Of a stretch of 50,958 nt of DNA, positions 34,673-44,202 are shown piece by piece. Source of the DNA: Verrucomicrobiota bacterium (GTDB taxonomy: Bacteria; Verrucomicrobiota; Verrucomicrobiia; Opitutales; Opitutaceae); the NCBI GenBank assembly GCA_039797805.1, contig JBDKHE010000127.1, positions 1 through 50,958 of the forward strand, written 5' to 3'. The notes below the pieces were generated by a model. It did no database searches. It saw only the letters and a list, made by a program, of their open reading frames with translations, and had not been told where the DNA came from. A program made the position numbers and the translations under genes. How positions within the stretch are numbered: position 1 is the first letter of the stretch; the number at the start of each line of letters is the position of its first letter.

Positions 34673-35727
34673 TGGACAACTTCGTCCCAAGCTTCCGCGA
34701 ATCCATCGTGGCGCTCACCGAGTCGCTGCGGTTCGTGGTCTATTTCGTGTGCGTCGCGGGGCTCATGCTCCGCGTCAGCCGGGCGCGGCCCGAACAGGAC
34801 AGCCTCGTGCAGCCCATCGTGCGCGCGGTCCTCGTGGTCGGTTTCACCGCCACGCTGCCGTGGTGGTTCGCGTTCACCGAGGACTCGTTCCTCTCGATGG
34901 CCGAGGTGTTCCACCACGGTTATACGGAACACCCGATGCAAGCCGCCGCGCTGCTGCGGGATGGCATGACGGACAGCGCGAACGACTTCAGCTTCGCGCG
35001 GATCGGCGAGTCGCTGTATCGGGCGTTCCTCATGGGGTCGGGCAAGCTCGTGGTGCTCGTGGCGAGCGTGCTGCAGCTGCCTCTGCTCATCCTGCACTAC
35101 ATCCTGAAGCTGCTCTGCTTCCTGTTCCTGCCGGTCGCGCTGTCGATGTTCATGCTGCCGGGCCTCGACAACCTCGGGGTGCGGTATCTGCAACAAACGC
35201 TCGCCGTGCTCGCGTGGCCGGTCGGCTTCGCGATCACCGAACTGGTCACCTGGAATCTCCTGACCGCGTATTCGACCAACCTGGCCACGGCCTACGGCTT
35301 GCGGCCCGGCGAGATCGACGCGATGTCCTTCGCCAGTTTGTTGGGAGCATTGTTTGCCGCCGTGTGGCTGGTGCTCGGCACACTGGGGACGCCGTTTCTG
35401 ATGCAGATGCTCTTCTGCTCCGGCTCGCCCCTGTCGGGCGGAGGCAGCCAGGGGCTGCAGCAACTCTACACGTTGCAGCAGGTGATCTGGCTCGCCAAGT
35501 CGCTCAAGACGGGGGGTGCCGCGGCGGTGGTTGGCTCCGTGGGTGGAGCCGGGACGACCCCGCCCGGCGGTGGATCGCCGCCACCGGCCATGCCGACGCC
35601 GATGCCGCCGCCTTCGCCGGCACCGGTGTCACCGGTGAGCGCGCCCAAGGCCGACCCTTCCGGCGATCAGGCCGTCGCCACCCTCCTTGCCTCGACGCGG
35701 ATGCCCACGCCGCAAACCACCTGCTGA
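34672..35727 (+). CDS. virB6: VirB6/TrbL-like polytopic membrane protein
   Basis: Multiple TMs, Gly/Pro-rich C-tail; start trimmed to MDNFVPSF. Confidence 0.8.
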   Translation: MDNFVPSFRESIVALTESLRFVVYFVCVAGLMLRVSRARPEQDSLVQPIVRAVLVVGFTATLPWWFAFTEDSFLSMAEVFHHGYTEHPMQAAALLRDGMTDSANDFSFARIGESLYRAFLMGSGKLVVLVASVLQLPLLILHYILKLLCFLFLPVALSMFMLPGLDNLGVRYLQQTLAVLAWPVGFAITELVTWNLLTAYSTNLATAYGLRPGEIDAMSFASLLGALFAAVWLVLGTLGTPFLMQMLFCSGSPLSGGGSQGLQQLYTLQQVIWLAKSLKTGGAAAVVGSVGGAGTTPPGGGSPPPAMPTPMPPPSPAPVSPVSAPKADPSGDQAVATLLASTRMPTPQTTC

Positions 35728-35729
35728 CC

Positions 35730-36389
35730 ATGAGCGAAACCTTGCGCGAAACTCCCGCCCCGCACGTGCGGCTCGACCCGGCCGCGGCACCCCGCCACCG
35801 CCGGCATCCGCTGGAATTGTTCACCGACTACGCGGTGGCGGCGCGGCTGTGGTTCCTGGTGGCGCTGGTCGCCACGGCCTACGCGGTCGTCGCGCCGTAT
35901 CTCGTGATCCGCGCCTACCGCACCCGGGAGCGGGTCGTCATCCTAGACGCGGCCGGGACGTTTCATCAGAGCCCGCTCCTCGGCTTCGAGGAGGCCGGCA
36001 AACTCCATGAAATGCACGCGCTCCTCGCGTGCCTGGCACTGTGGTCGCGCAATCCCGCGGGCAGCGACCACCCGGAGCTGCTGGAAAAACTGTTCCTGCC
36101 GGAGGCGCTGAAGCAGGCGCGCGAGGAGATCGCGCGCAGCGCGGAGGAGTTCGCGGCCAAGTCGCTGCACCAAAAACCCGAGGTGCTGAAGCTCACGGTG
36201 CTGGAGACCCGCGAGGACACCGTCCTCGTGCAGGTCGAGGGCCAGTGGATTCGCACGGGCCTGTTTCAGGGCCGGCCGTTCACGGAGGCGCCCGCCTTCA
36301 CGGCGCGGTTCACCTTCGCGCGCAACCCCAACCTGGCCGTCAACGGCCGCTACCCCCTCGCCGTATGGCTCTACGAAATCTTGCCGTAG
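35730..36389 (+). CDS. VirB8/TrbF-like bitopic protein
   Basis: Single TM then VVILD..G; C-terminal RNP...NG.YPLAV..Y; start trimmed to MSETLRE. Confidence 0.75.
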   Translation: MSETLRETPAPHVRLDPAAAPRHRRHPLELFTDYAVAARLWFLVALVATAYAVVAPYLVIRAYRTRERVVILDAAGTFHQSPLLGFEEAGKLHEMHALLACLALWSRNPAGSDHPELLEKLFLPEALKQAREEIARSAEEFAAKSLHQKPEVLKLTVLETREDTVLVQVEGQWIRTGLFQGRPFTEAPAFTARFTFARNPNLAVNGRYPLAVWLYEILP

Positions 36390-37180
36390 TGGTGCTGCTC
36401 ATGAACAGCTGGGGACTGGTCTTCGCGGCCTCCGGGGAGGCGATTCGGACCTATCCGCTCGACGAGCGGATGGCCTACTCGATCCGCGTCAGCCGGGAGG
36501 AACCGACCACCTGCCTGTTCCCCGGGACGCTCACCGCGTTGGAAAGCGCCAACCTCTCGACCAAGCCCGAGGACGCGCCGCCGGTGCTGCTGTCCTACCA
36601 GCCGGGCACGAGTTTCTTTTCCGTGCGGGCGCTCCGGGCGGATGCGACCGCCGCCGTCAACGTGGTCTATCGCGGACGGGTGTATGTCTTCACCTTCCGC
36701 GCGGCGGACGAAGCCGACCGTGCGGTGTCGTTCTTCGACGCACCGGCCGCGACCGCGCCGGGCGCGACTCCGGTCCTCGTGCGCAGCCTGCTCGACCGCG
36801 CGAAGAACCACGCGCTCCTGGCTGCGCAGTATCCGGCGCTAACGCAGGCGGTCGAACGGGCCGAACCGCGCAGCGTCACGCGGTATCCGGGTTTCACGGT
36901 CACTTTGGAGGAGGTGTTCCGTTTCGATGCGGAGGACACGCTCATTTTCCGCGTGCGGGCCGAGAACCCGGGCGCGGCCCCGGTCCGTTTCGATGCGGAC
37001 AGCCTCGCCGTGCGGGTCGGGTCCGAAATCTACCCGGCGGCCCTCGCCGACACCACCGGCGAACTCCCGCCGCGTGGGCACACCACGGTTTGGTTTGCCG
37101 TGACCGGGGCCCCCGGCGGGGGCCGGGCCAATCTCTCCGTGCAGAATGTCTTTTCGGTGCTCGTCACCCGGCTGCCATGA
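36365..37180 (+). CDS. VirB9-like core-complex protein
   Basis: Signal peptide, TTCLFPG, NVVYRGRVY.F two-domain beta protein; between VirB8 and VirB10. Confidence 0.7.
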   Translation: MALRNLAVVVLLMNSWGLVFAASGEAIRTYPLDERMAYSIRVSREEPTTCLFPGTLTALESANLSTKPEDAPPVLLSYQPGTSFFSVRALRADATAAVNVVYRGRVYVFTFRAADEADRAVSFFDAPAATAPGATPVLVRSLLDRAKNHALLAAQYPALTQAVERAEPRSVTRYPGFTVTLEEVFRFDAEDTLIFRVRAENPGAAPVRFDADSLAVRVGSEIYPAALADTTGELPPRGHTTVWFAVTGAPGGGRANLSVQNVFSVLVTRLP

Positions 37181-38163
37181 AGTTCGATACGACATTCCTT
37201 GCGTCGCCCACCGGCCAGATTGTCCTAGTCGGAGCACTGGTCGTTTTCGCCGGATTCGCGCTCTACACCCAGCGCCAGCGGCGGACGGCAGCGTTGCCCG
37301 CGGCTCACGGAGCACCGGTGGCCGCCATGCCCCGCACGATCCTGCGCGAAGGAGCGCGACTCAATTTCACCAAGGTTGAGGAGCCAACGCCATCCAGACC
37401 TCGCCCGGCTCAAACTCTCGCAGAGCCCAAGCCAGTCCCCGCGCAACCACCGGTCCTGCCGCTGTCGCTGATGGCGACCACTGCCGCACCAGCCGAAGCT
37501 CCCATCTCGGCCGCGCCCTACGGCCGGTTGATTCCGTGCGAAACGGTTCTCGCCATTGAATCCAACCGGCTGGAGACGCCGGTCATCGGGCTCGTGACCG
37601 AGGATGTTTGGCAGGACGGCCGGCGGGTCGTGCCCGCCGGGGCCGAGGTGCACGGCCGGGCCGCGCCCGACCGGGCGCGCGAACGCCTCGCGGCCGAAGG
37701 CACTTGGACAATTGTCTGGCGGGCCGGGGCGGAGAACGGCCGGGAATTGAGTGTCCGTGGCCTGGCTCTCGACCGGGAGCGCGACGCGACCACCGGATCA
37801 TGGGGTTCGCACGACGGATCGGCCGGGCTCCGCGGCGAAGTGCTCCGCACGAGCGACTGGCGCGAGGTGCAGCTTTTCGCGGCCACCTTCTTGTCCAGCG
37901 CCACGGCCGCCCTCCAGGACACGCGTTCTGCCGCCGGGCTGTTGGGCGAAACAAGCCTGCCCGCCGCCACCGCGCGGAACGCGACCTTGGCGGGCACGGG
38001 TGCCGTGCTCCGCGAATACGCGCAGCAGATCCGCGAGGCCATCGCCCGCGACGGATTCTACGTCCGCATCCCGGCGGGCAAGGCGTTCTACCTCTATGTC
38101 ACCGAAGCCATCGACCCCGGCCGCGCCCGTCTTGGCGCCGTCATTCCTGCCCATGCGAATTAG
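37177..38163 (+). CDS. virB10: VirB10/TrbI-like protein
   Basis: TM, Pro-rich linker, GRLIPC...I.S....PVIGLVTEDVW...VVPAGAEVHG, DGSAGL.G, VRIPAGK.F.LYV. Confidence 0.85.
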   Translation: MKFDTTFLASPTGQIVLVGALVVFAGFALYTQRQRRTAALPAAHGAPVAAMPRTILREGARLNFTKVEEPTPSRPRPAQTLAEPKPVPAQPPVLPLSLMATTAAPAEAPISAAPYGRLIPCETVLAIESNRLETPVIGLVTEDVWQDGRRVVPAGAEVHGRAAPDRARERLAAEGTWTIVWRAGAENGRELSVRGLALDRERDATTGSWGSHDGSAGLRGEVLRTSDWREVQLFAATFLSSATAALQDTRSAAGLLGETSLPAATARNATLAGTGAVLREYAQQIREAIARDGFYVRIPAGKAFYLYVTEAIDPGRARLGAVIPAHAN

Positions 38164-38773
38164 TATCCTCCTTTCCCTTTGCCTCCTGCCGTTTACCGGC
38201 TGCCAGAGCACGCCCCAAGCACCCGCACCCGCCGTCGCGCCTGTAGTGGTGGCGCCCGCACCCATGCCGGAGCGGGCCGACCCGACCGTGCGCCAGCGCC
38301 GGCACATCGAGGCGCTCATCGCGCAGAACGAGGCGCTGGCCAATCGCGTGCGCGAACTGGAGACCCAGCCGAAGCCGGCTGTGATCATGCCCAGGGAGAC
38401 GCCGCCATCTGCGCTAGTCGCTCCCGCTACTGTCCCCACGTCGCCGGAGCCAGCCAGCGAGGCGGCCCTGGTGCCCAACGCGGAGGGTGTCCTCGATCTC
38501 ACCGCCGTCCGCGCAGGCGACGAGGCCAATCCTTTCGCCGTTCGGACGCTGCCGCCAGAGTCCGTCCGGGAAATCGCGCTGCGCGTGGGTGGCATCGTGC
38601 GCGGGCCGTCGCCCTGTGCGCTCATCAACGGCCGGCCGGTGCAGGCGGGCGACCGCGTTGAATCACTCGATGTCGTCCGCATTGAACCGGCGGCAGTGCT
38701 CCTCCGGCACGGCGCGGAACTCCTCCGGCTGCCGCTCACGGAGAAACCTGTCCGCATCCGGCTGCCCCTCTGA
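38153..38773 (+). CDS. Lipoprotein, PilP/GspC-like
   Basis: Lipobox FTG-C; NPF motif; LRVGGIV.G....ALINGR.V..GD...V.RI....VLL. Confidence 0.65.
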   Translation: MRISILLSLCLLPFTGCQSTPQAPAPAVAPVVVAPAPMPERADPTVRQRRHIEALIAQNEALANRVRELETQPKPAVIMPRETPPSALVAPATVPTSPEPASEAALVPNAEGVLDLTAVRAGDEANPFAVRTLPPESVREIALRVGGIVRGPSPCALINGRPVQAGDRVESLDVVRIEPAAVLLRHGAELLRLPLTEKPVRIRLPL

Positions 38774-38774
38774 C

Positions 38775-39977
38775 ATGCCAACCTTCGCCGCTATTGTCAT
38801 GGACCAGACGGGCCGTCGCCGCTCACTCCGTGAGGACGCGTCCGACGAGGCGCAGCTGCGCTCACGGCTCCGCGCCCAGGCGTTCTGGCCGGTATCAGTG
38901 CGGCCGGTTCCGCCGGACCGGAAACTCGCCCGGCTGACGCTGCCCATTCGCGACTTTGTCGCACTACTTCATCAGTTGGAACTGCAGCTCCGGGCGGGCG
39001 TGACCGCGGATGTCGCATTCGGCCAGCTGGCCGACGATACGCCGCAAGGGCCGGTGCGCACGCTTCTCACACACATCAGCCAGTCCGTGGCCCAAGGTGT
39101 CCCCATCCACACGGCGTGCCGGTTCTTCGTCCGGCAGTTTCCCCCGCACATCGCGGCCATCATCGCGGCGGGCGAGGCCTCGGCCCAATTGCCCGAGGCG
39201 TTGCGCGCCCTCGCGTCGCATCTCACAAGTGCGGACGAACTCCGGCGGACAGCCAAGCGCGCCCTCATCTATCCGGCGATTGTCCTGATGGTCACCGGCG
39301 GACTCGTGGTGTTTCTTCTCGGCGGGGTGGTGCCTAAGTTCGCGGAGATCTTCGCCTCGATGCGTCTCACGCTGCCGGCCCTGACCATTGCTTTGATCCG
39401 GGTAAGCGAGGCGGTGCGCCACGGCTGGCCGGTCATAGCCGGGGTGGCGGTGGCCGTTGGCCTGCTGCTCTGGTTTGCGACGCACACGCCCGGGCTACAG
39501 AGGATGCGCGACCGGCTGCTGCTGCGCGTGCCCATTTTTGGCGAAACACTCCGCTGCCTCGCGACCGCGCGCTTCGCAGCCCACACCCGGCTACTGCACG
39601 AGGCGGGCATCCCCGTGCTGGAGTCGCTGACGACCGGGGCCGAACTCACCGGCAACGCGGTGCTGTCGGCCCAACTGCTGGCCGCCCGGGAGGGCGTGGC
39701 GGCGGGCCGGCCGCTCCATGCGGCGCTCCCGAAGGGCCACGGGTTCCCCGGATTCTTCGTGCCGGCGCTCAAGGCCGGCGAAACGACGGGCCAGCTGGGG
39801 GCCGCGTTGCGGCACATCGAGGACTACGCCGCCGGCCGCGCCCGCGAGACCCTAGCGACGGCGCTCGCCTTCCTCGAGCCGGCGCTGCTCGCCGCTCTCA
39901 CCGGCATCGTCGGGCTCATCGCCCTATCATTCTTCCTGCCGCTGTTCTCGCTCTTGGGCGGCATCAACGCCCGCTGA
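38775..39977 (+). CDS. pilC: PilC/GspF-family inner-membrane platform protein
   Basis: QL...LRAGV, AGEASAQL, ALIYP, VVPKFAEIF, LP.LT, RVPIFG, AGETTGQL, LEP. Confidence 0.92.
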   Translation: MPTFAAIVMDQTGRRRSLREDASDEAQLRSRLRAQAFWPVSVRPVPPDRKLARLTLPIRDFVALLHQLELQLRAGVTADVAFGQLADDTPQGPVRTLLTHISQSVAQGVPIHTACRFFVRQFPPHIAAIIAAGEASAQLPEALRALASHLTSADELRRTAKRALIYPAIVLMVTGGLVVFLLGGVVPKFAEIFASMRLTLPALTIALIRVSEAVRHGWPVIAGVAVAVGLLLWFATHTPGLQRMRDRLLLRVPIFGETLRCLATARFAAHTRLLHEAGIPVLESLTTGAELTGNAVLSAQLLAAREGVAAGRPLHAALPKGHGFPGFFVPALKAGETTGQLGAALRHIEDYAAGRARETLATALAFLEPALLAALTGIVGLIALSFFLPLFSLLGGINAR

Positions 39978-39981
39978 AATT

Positions 39982-40935
39982 ATGATTCTCTATACCTATA
40001 TACTACCGATGCGCCGGATGGGCGTGCCGTTCACGCGTCTCTTGCGGGGCTTTTCGCTGTTGGAGATGGTCTTGGTCCTCTTTGTTTTGGGGATCATGGC
40101 GGCGGCGCTTTCGCCGGCCGTGCGCGACGTGGTCGAAAAGGCCCGGCGGGACGCCGAGGCGAAATCGCTGGAGGAACTGGCATCCACCGTCACCGCTTCG
40201 TTCGAGAACAGCGATCTCAGCAACCTGAATGTGGCTGCTTTGCCCGGCACGATCGGTTCCGGCGATACGGCGACCGTGTTCTCAACCTCGACCTCCGCCG
40301 GCTACGCCAACACCGCGGCAGCGGACTGGTTCACCAAGGTGGCCAAATTGCGCGGATTGACTCCGCAGATGGGCGTGGCGCCGACCGCGACCGCCCAGCC
40401 GGAACTGGCGCGCATCGCCTTCAATGCGCTCGGCAATCCACGACTGCTGATTGCGGCACCAGCGGAGTCCGGGTGCCAGCGTTTCCTGCTCGTGAGCCTT
40501 ATGGCGCGGAGCGACCAGCTTGTGCTGCCGGCCTACGAAGGCAACACGGCGTGGTTCGATGCCCTGTGGAACAACAACTGGGAGAGTAAGACTGGCGCTC
40601 CGCCCGCCTACTGGTCGGGCCGGTTGACTCCGGCCCAGCTCGCCGCCTGGAGCGCAGGCAGCGGCGGCCAGACGCAGGTGAACCGGCTCTGCGTCCATCG
40701 CATCGTCCTGCCGAAGTTCCGGGTGAGCGTGAACAACAACCACCCGACCGAGCAGGCCTTCGTTTCGTTCAACAACACGAACCCCGCCTTTACGGCACCG
40801 GCCAATTCCGGGGCGAGCGTCACGCCGGAGATCCTCGGCGGGCGGCTCGTCATCATCAACCGCGGCGCCACCTGGCCGGGCGTCGAAGCGCTGCGGTTCA
40901 ACCTCCACGAAAACCCGACCGTCACCCTCCAATGA
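39982..40935 (+). CDS. Prepilin-type (N-methyl-Phe) minor pilin
   Basis: RG/FSLLEMVLVLFVLGIMAA class III signal; start could be 40009 or 40018. Confidence 0.85.
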   Translation: MILYTYILPMRRMGVPFTRLLRGFSLLEMVLVLFVLGIMAAALSPAVRDVVEKARRDAEAKSLEELASTVTASFENSDLSNLNVAALPGTIGSGDTATVFSTSTSAGYANTAAADWFTKVAKLRGLTPQMGVAPTATAQPELARIAFNALGNPRLLIAAPAESGCQRFLLVSLMARSDQLVLPAYEGNTAWFDALWNNNWESKTGAPPAYWSGRLTPAQLAAWSAGSGGQTQVNRLCVHRIVLPKFRVSVNNNHPTEQAFVSFNNTNPAFTAPANSGASVTPEILGGRLVIINRGATWPGVEALRFNLHENPTVTLQ

Positions 40936-42794
40936 ACAAGCTGCTCATTCCCTTTCTTCTCGCTGTCACCGTTGCGGCGCATGCCGCCTCCATCACCTCG
41001 TCCGGCTTCCATATCGTGCCCATCACCATCACGGGAGGCAGTTACCACGTAGCGTGGGGCACTACCTGGGCGTGCGACGACTACCCGCAAAACTCAGCAC
41101 CTGGCCGGATCGAATTGCTGGACGGCGCTGGCAACATCCTTGGTCGCGCCGGCGCGAGCATCTATTTCAGCGGCGGTCCGCAAGGGTCAGCCACGCTGGG
41201 CTCGCTGAGCGATCTGGACGGCTACGTTGCCGTCTGGTGTCCCAGCGGCACGCCAGCGGACGGCCAGTTGACTGCCATCTGGCACATTACCGGAGTGCCG
41301 GACGGTAACTACCAACTGCGGTTGTGGGCCTTCAACACATTCGAGAGCGGGCTTTATGCCACGAACGTCTGGACCTCCACGCATTTCTTCGGACCTGTCG
41401 GGCCGGCAAACGCAGCGCCCTCAATTAATTGGACCAGCACCCCTGCCAGTGCGGCCAACGGAGATAGCTACTACATCGCGGCGCACGGGCATGACGCGAA
41501 CGGAAACCTCGCTCAGGTCAACGTCTGGAAGAACGGCCAGCCGTTCGCATTTGCGGGCGGCGGCAACGGGACAGACGGCGACTCCGGCAACTGGACGAGC
41601 GACGGCGGCCCGCAGACGGTCACGTTCACCGCCCAAGCGGTGGATGCCGATGGGGCCACGTCACCGGTCATCACCCACACCGTCATGATTAATGCCGTGG
41701 TGAATCAGCCGCCGACGGTCACACTCCTTGCTCCGGGGGCGCAGACCGTCATGGCGGGCACGGCCCTGACGATCACCAGCCGCGCCACCGATCCCGACGG
41801 CAATATCGCGAACCACCATCTCGACATCCAGCGCCCCGCCGGCGACTGGAATTTCCAAGGCGGGTTTGCGGCGGGTGAACCGTTCCAAGGCGGCCCGGTC
41901 GGCAGCGCCGCCGACTCGACGCGCTTCGCCAGCTTCACCTTCACCGACGTCGGCACCTACTATGTGAGGGCGGCGGCGGCGGACGGCAGCGGGTGGTATC
42001 ATTCCGGCACCGTCGCCATCACCGTCGTTGCCCCCCCGCCGGTCCAGTTTGCGCTGATCACCGCCGCGGGTGCGGGCGGCGCAGTGTCCGCAGGCGGCAC
42101 CTATACGTCCGGCACGACCGTCATGGTCATGGCCACACCGGACGGCACGCATGACTTCGCCGGCTGGAGCGGCGATGCGGGAGGCGCAGCCAATCCGCTG
42201 GCGGTTGTCGTGGACCGGGCGAAGACCCTGCAGGCGAACTTTGCACCGAAGAGTTTCTCCCTGACCACGAATGCCAGCGGTGGCGGCAACGTGACCCCCG
42301 GCGGCAACTATCCCTATGGCACGACCGTGACCATCGCGGCGACGCCGGATGCGGCCCACTACTTCACCGGCTGGACCGGCGATGCGGCCGGCATGGCCAG
42401 CTCGATTGCGGTGCTGCTCGACCGGGCGAAGTTTGTGCAGGCGCAGTTCGCGCCGAAGGCGGCGCAGAGCATCTCGTTCACTCCGCCGGGCGACCAGAAT
42501 GTCGGGGCGACCCTTCCGCTCACCGCCACCTCCTCATCCGGGCTGCCCGTGAGTTTCGTGGTGCTGGGCGGTCCCGCGATATTCAGCAACGGCACGCTGA
42601 CCGTGACCGGCCCGGGCGCGATCATGATCCAGGCGGTCCAGCCGGGCGACACTTACACCCTCGCGGCGGCCCCCGTCACCGGGACGTTCAATGCCGCCGC
42701 CCCGGCCGTGCTCAAATACCAGGCCGCCGCGCGCACGCTGCTCCAGACGGGGCGGACCGCGGAGGCGACCAACTATGTTCTCGGCAACCCCTGA
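40932..42794 (+). CDS. Secreted adhesin-like protein with Ig-like domains and two InlB-B-like repeats
   Basis: Sec signal AHA-; N.AP.I / NQPPTV...ATDPDG Ig-like domains; tandem 68-aa repeats GG.Y..GTTV...ATPD..H.F.GW.GDA. Confidence 0.8.
   Translation: MNKLLIPFLLAVTVAAHAASITSSGFHIVPITITGGSYHVAWGTTWACDDYPQNSAPGRIELLDGAGNILGRAGASIYFSGGPQGSATLGSLSDLDGYVAVWCPSGTPADGQLTAIWHITGVPDGNYQLRLWAFNTFESGLYATNVWTSTHFFGPVGPANAAPSINWTSTPASAANGDSYYIAAHGHDANGNLAQVNVWKNGQPFAFAGGGNGTDGDSGNWTSDGGPQTVTFTAQAVDADGATSPVITHTVMINAVVNQPPTVTLLAPGAQTVMAGTALTITSRATDPDGNIANHHLDIQRPAGDWNFQGGFAAGEPFQGGPVGSAADSTRFASFTFTDVGTYYVRAAAADGSGWYHSGTVAITVVAPPPVQFALITAAGAGGAVSAGGTYTSGTTVMVMATPDGTHDFAGWSGDAGGAANPLAVVVDRAKTLQANFAPKSFSLTTNASGGGNVTPGGNYPYGTTVTIAATPDAAHYFTGWTGDAAGMASSIAVLLDRAKFVQAQFAPKAAQSISFTPPGDQNVGATLPLTATSSSGLPVSFVVLGGPAIFSNGTLTVTGPGAIMIQAVQPGDTYTLAAAPVTGTFNAAAPAVLKYQAAARTLLQTGRTAEATNYVLGNP
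42048..42458 (+). repeat. Two tandem 204-bp coding repeats within the adhesin
   Basis: 42048-42251 and 42255-42458, both ending DRAK..QA.FAPK. Confidence 0.85.
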
Positions 42795-42798
42795 TCCC

Positions 42799-44202
42799 AT
42801 GAGACTTCTTTCCTGCCTCCTTCTCTCGGCCGCGCTGCTCCGCGCGGCCGAGCCCAGCGAACTCGACCGCCCGGTCGAAAACCTCCGGTTGGAAAACGCG
42901 CCGCTGCCGGCGGCGCTCCGGACCCTCGCTCGCGCGACCGGCGCCACGATCTTCATTGAACCCGACGTGACGGGCGACGTGACGGTGGAGATCAACCGCG
43001 GCACGCTGCGTTCCGCGCTCGTCGCGCTCACCCGGCCCAACGGATTCCACTTCGAGGAGACGGCGGGCGGGATCGCCGTCCGGTTCCGCAAGACTGTCCT
43101 CTATCCGGTCGATTATCCGCAGCTCACGCGCAGCGGCTCGGGGAGCGCGTCCATCACGCTCGGCGGAGCGAACAACGGCAACTACGGTGCAGGTTATCCA
43201 GCGGGCGCTCTGCCCAATTCGAACCAGGCCCTCGGGCCGAACGGTGTCGGCTCCGATGCGACACAGGTCAGTATCAGTCAGGAGAACCAGAACACCTTCT
43301 GGTCGGGGCTGGAGGCGGAGCTCCGCGCGATGCTCAAGGACGGCGACAGCCTGGTCCTGAACAAATTCAGCGGAGTCGTGCAGGTCACCGCACCCATCGC
43401 CCGGCACGACACCCTCCGGGCGTTCCTCGAACTGGTGAACACACGCATCACCCGGCAAGTCGAGATCGAGGCGAGGATTGTCGAGGTCACGCTGCGCGAC
43501 GAGCGCAAGCTCGGCATCGACTGGGACCTTGCCGCCGGTGCGGTCGGGAAGGTATCAGTCGAGGGCGGCGCGCCGCTCGATGTCGTCGGCGTGGGCGGGA
43601 CATTGCTCGCCCCCAACACGTTCGCGGCGAATCTGGGGTTCGGGCGCGCGACGGCGGTCATCCATGCGCTGCAACAACAGGGCGAGGTGACGACGGTGGC
43701 GCAGCCCCGGCTGCGGGCGCTCAACAATCAAACGGCTTTCATAAAAATCGGCGAGGACCGCCCGTTCTTCCGTTTGCAGCAGTCTACCACGTTCCAACAA
43801 GGCGGGACCACGGTGCCGGTGAACCAGACGCAGGAGAACTACTCCGTCTCAACCATCACCATCGGAACGATCCTGGCCGTGACTCCGCAAATCGACGGAA
43901 ACGGTGTCATCACGCTCGATGTATTGCCCGCCATCACCCGGCTGCAGGCCATCGTCACGAGTCCGGACGGAAAGCAGACTGCCCCTTTGACCGAGGTGAA
44001 GCAGGCTTCCACCATCGTGCGGCTGAAGGACGGCGAGACCGCCGTCATCGGCGGGCTGATTTCCGAGGATACGGGAACCAGCACGCGCGCGGTCCCGGTC
44101 CTGGGCTCGATTCCGGTGGCGGGCCGCGCGTTCAAGACGAAGGCGACGCTGCACAGCAGGACGGAGCTGGTGATTTTCCTCACCCCGAAACTCATCCGCT
44201 GA
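42799..44202 (+). CDS. Secretin (PilQ/GspD/MshL-like)
   Basis: QVEIEARIVEV.L.....GIDW, PRLRALNNQTA.IKIG, G.ILAVTPQI, STIVRLKDGETAVIGGL, VPVLGSIP..G..F, ELVIFLTPK. Confidence 0.93.
   Translation: MRLLSCLLLSAALLRAAEPSELDRPVENLRLENAPLPAALRTLARATGATIFIEPDVTGDVTVEINRGTLRSALVALTRPNGFHFEETAGGIAVRFRKTVLYPVDYPQLTRSGSGSASITLGGANNGNYGAGYPAGALPNSNQALGPNGVGSDATQVSISQENQNTFWSGLEAELRAMLKDGDSLVLNKFSGVVQVTAPIARHDTLRAFLELVNTRITRQVEIEARIVEVTLRDERKLGIDWDLAAGAVGKVSVEGGAPLDVVGVGGTLLAPNTFAANLGFGRATAVIHALQQQGEVTTVAQPRLRALNNQTAFIKIGEDRPFFRLQQSTTFQQGGTTVPVNQTQENYSVSTITIGTILAVTPQIDGNGVITLDVLPAITRLQAIVTSPDGKQTAPLTEVKQASTIVRLKDGETAVIGGLISEDTGTSTRAVPVLGSIPVAGRAFKTKATLHSRTELVIFLTPKLIR

Noticed and set aside
42031-42037. 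C7 tract in the adhesin as a phase-variation site
   Set aside because: Short, encodes a Pro linker, and unremarkable in GC-rich DNA
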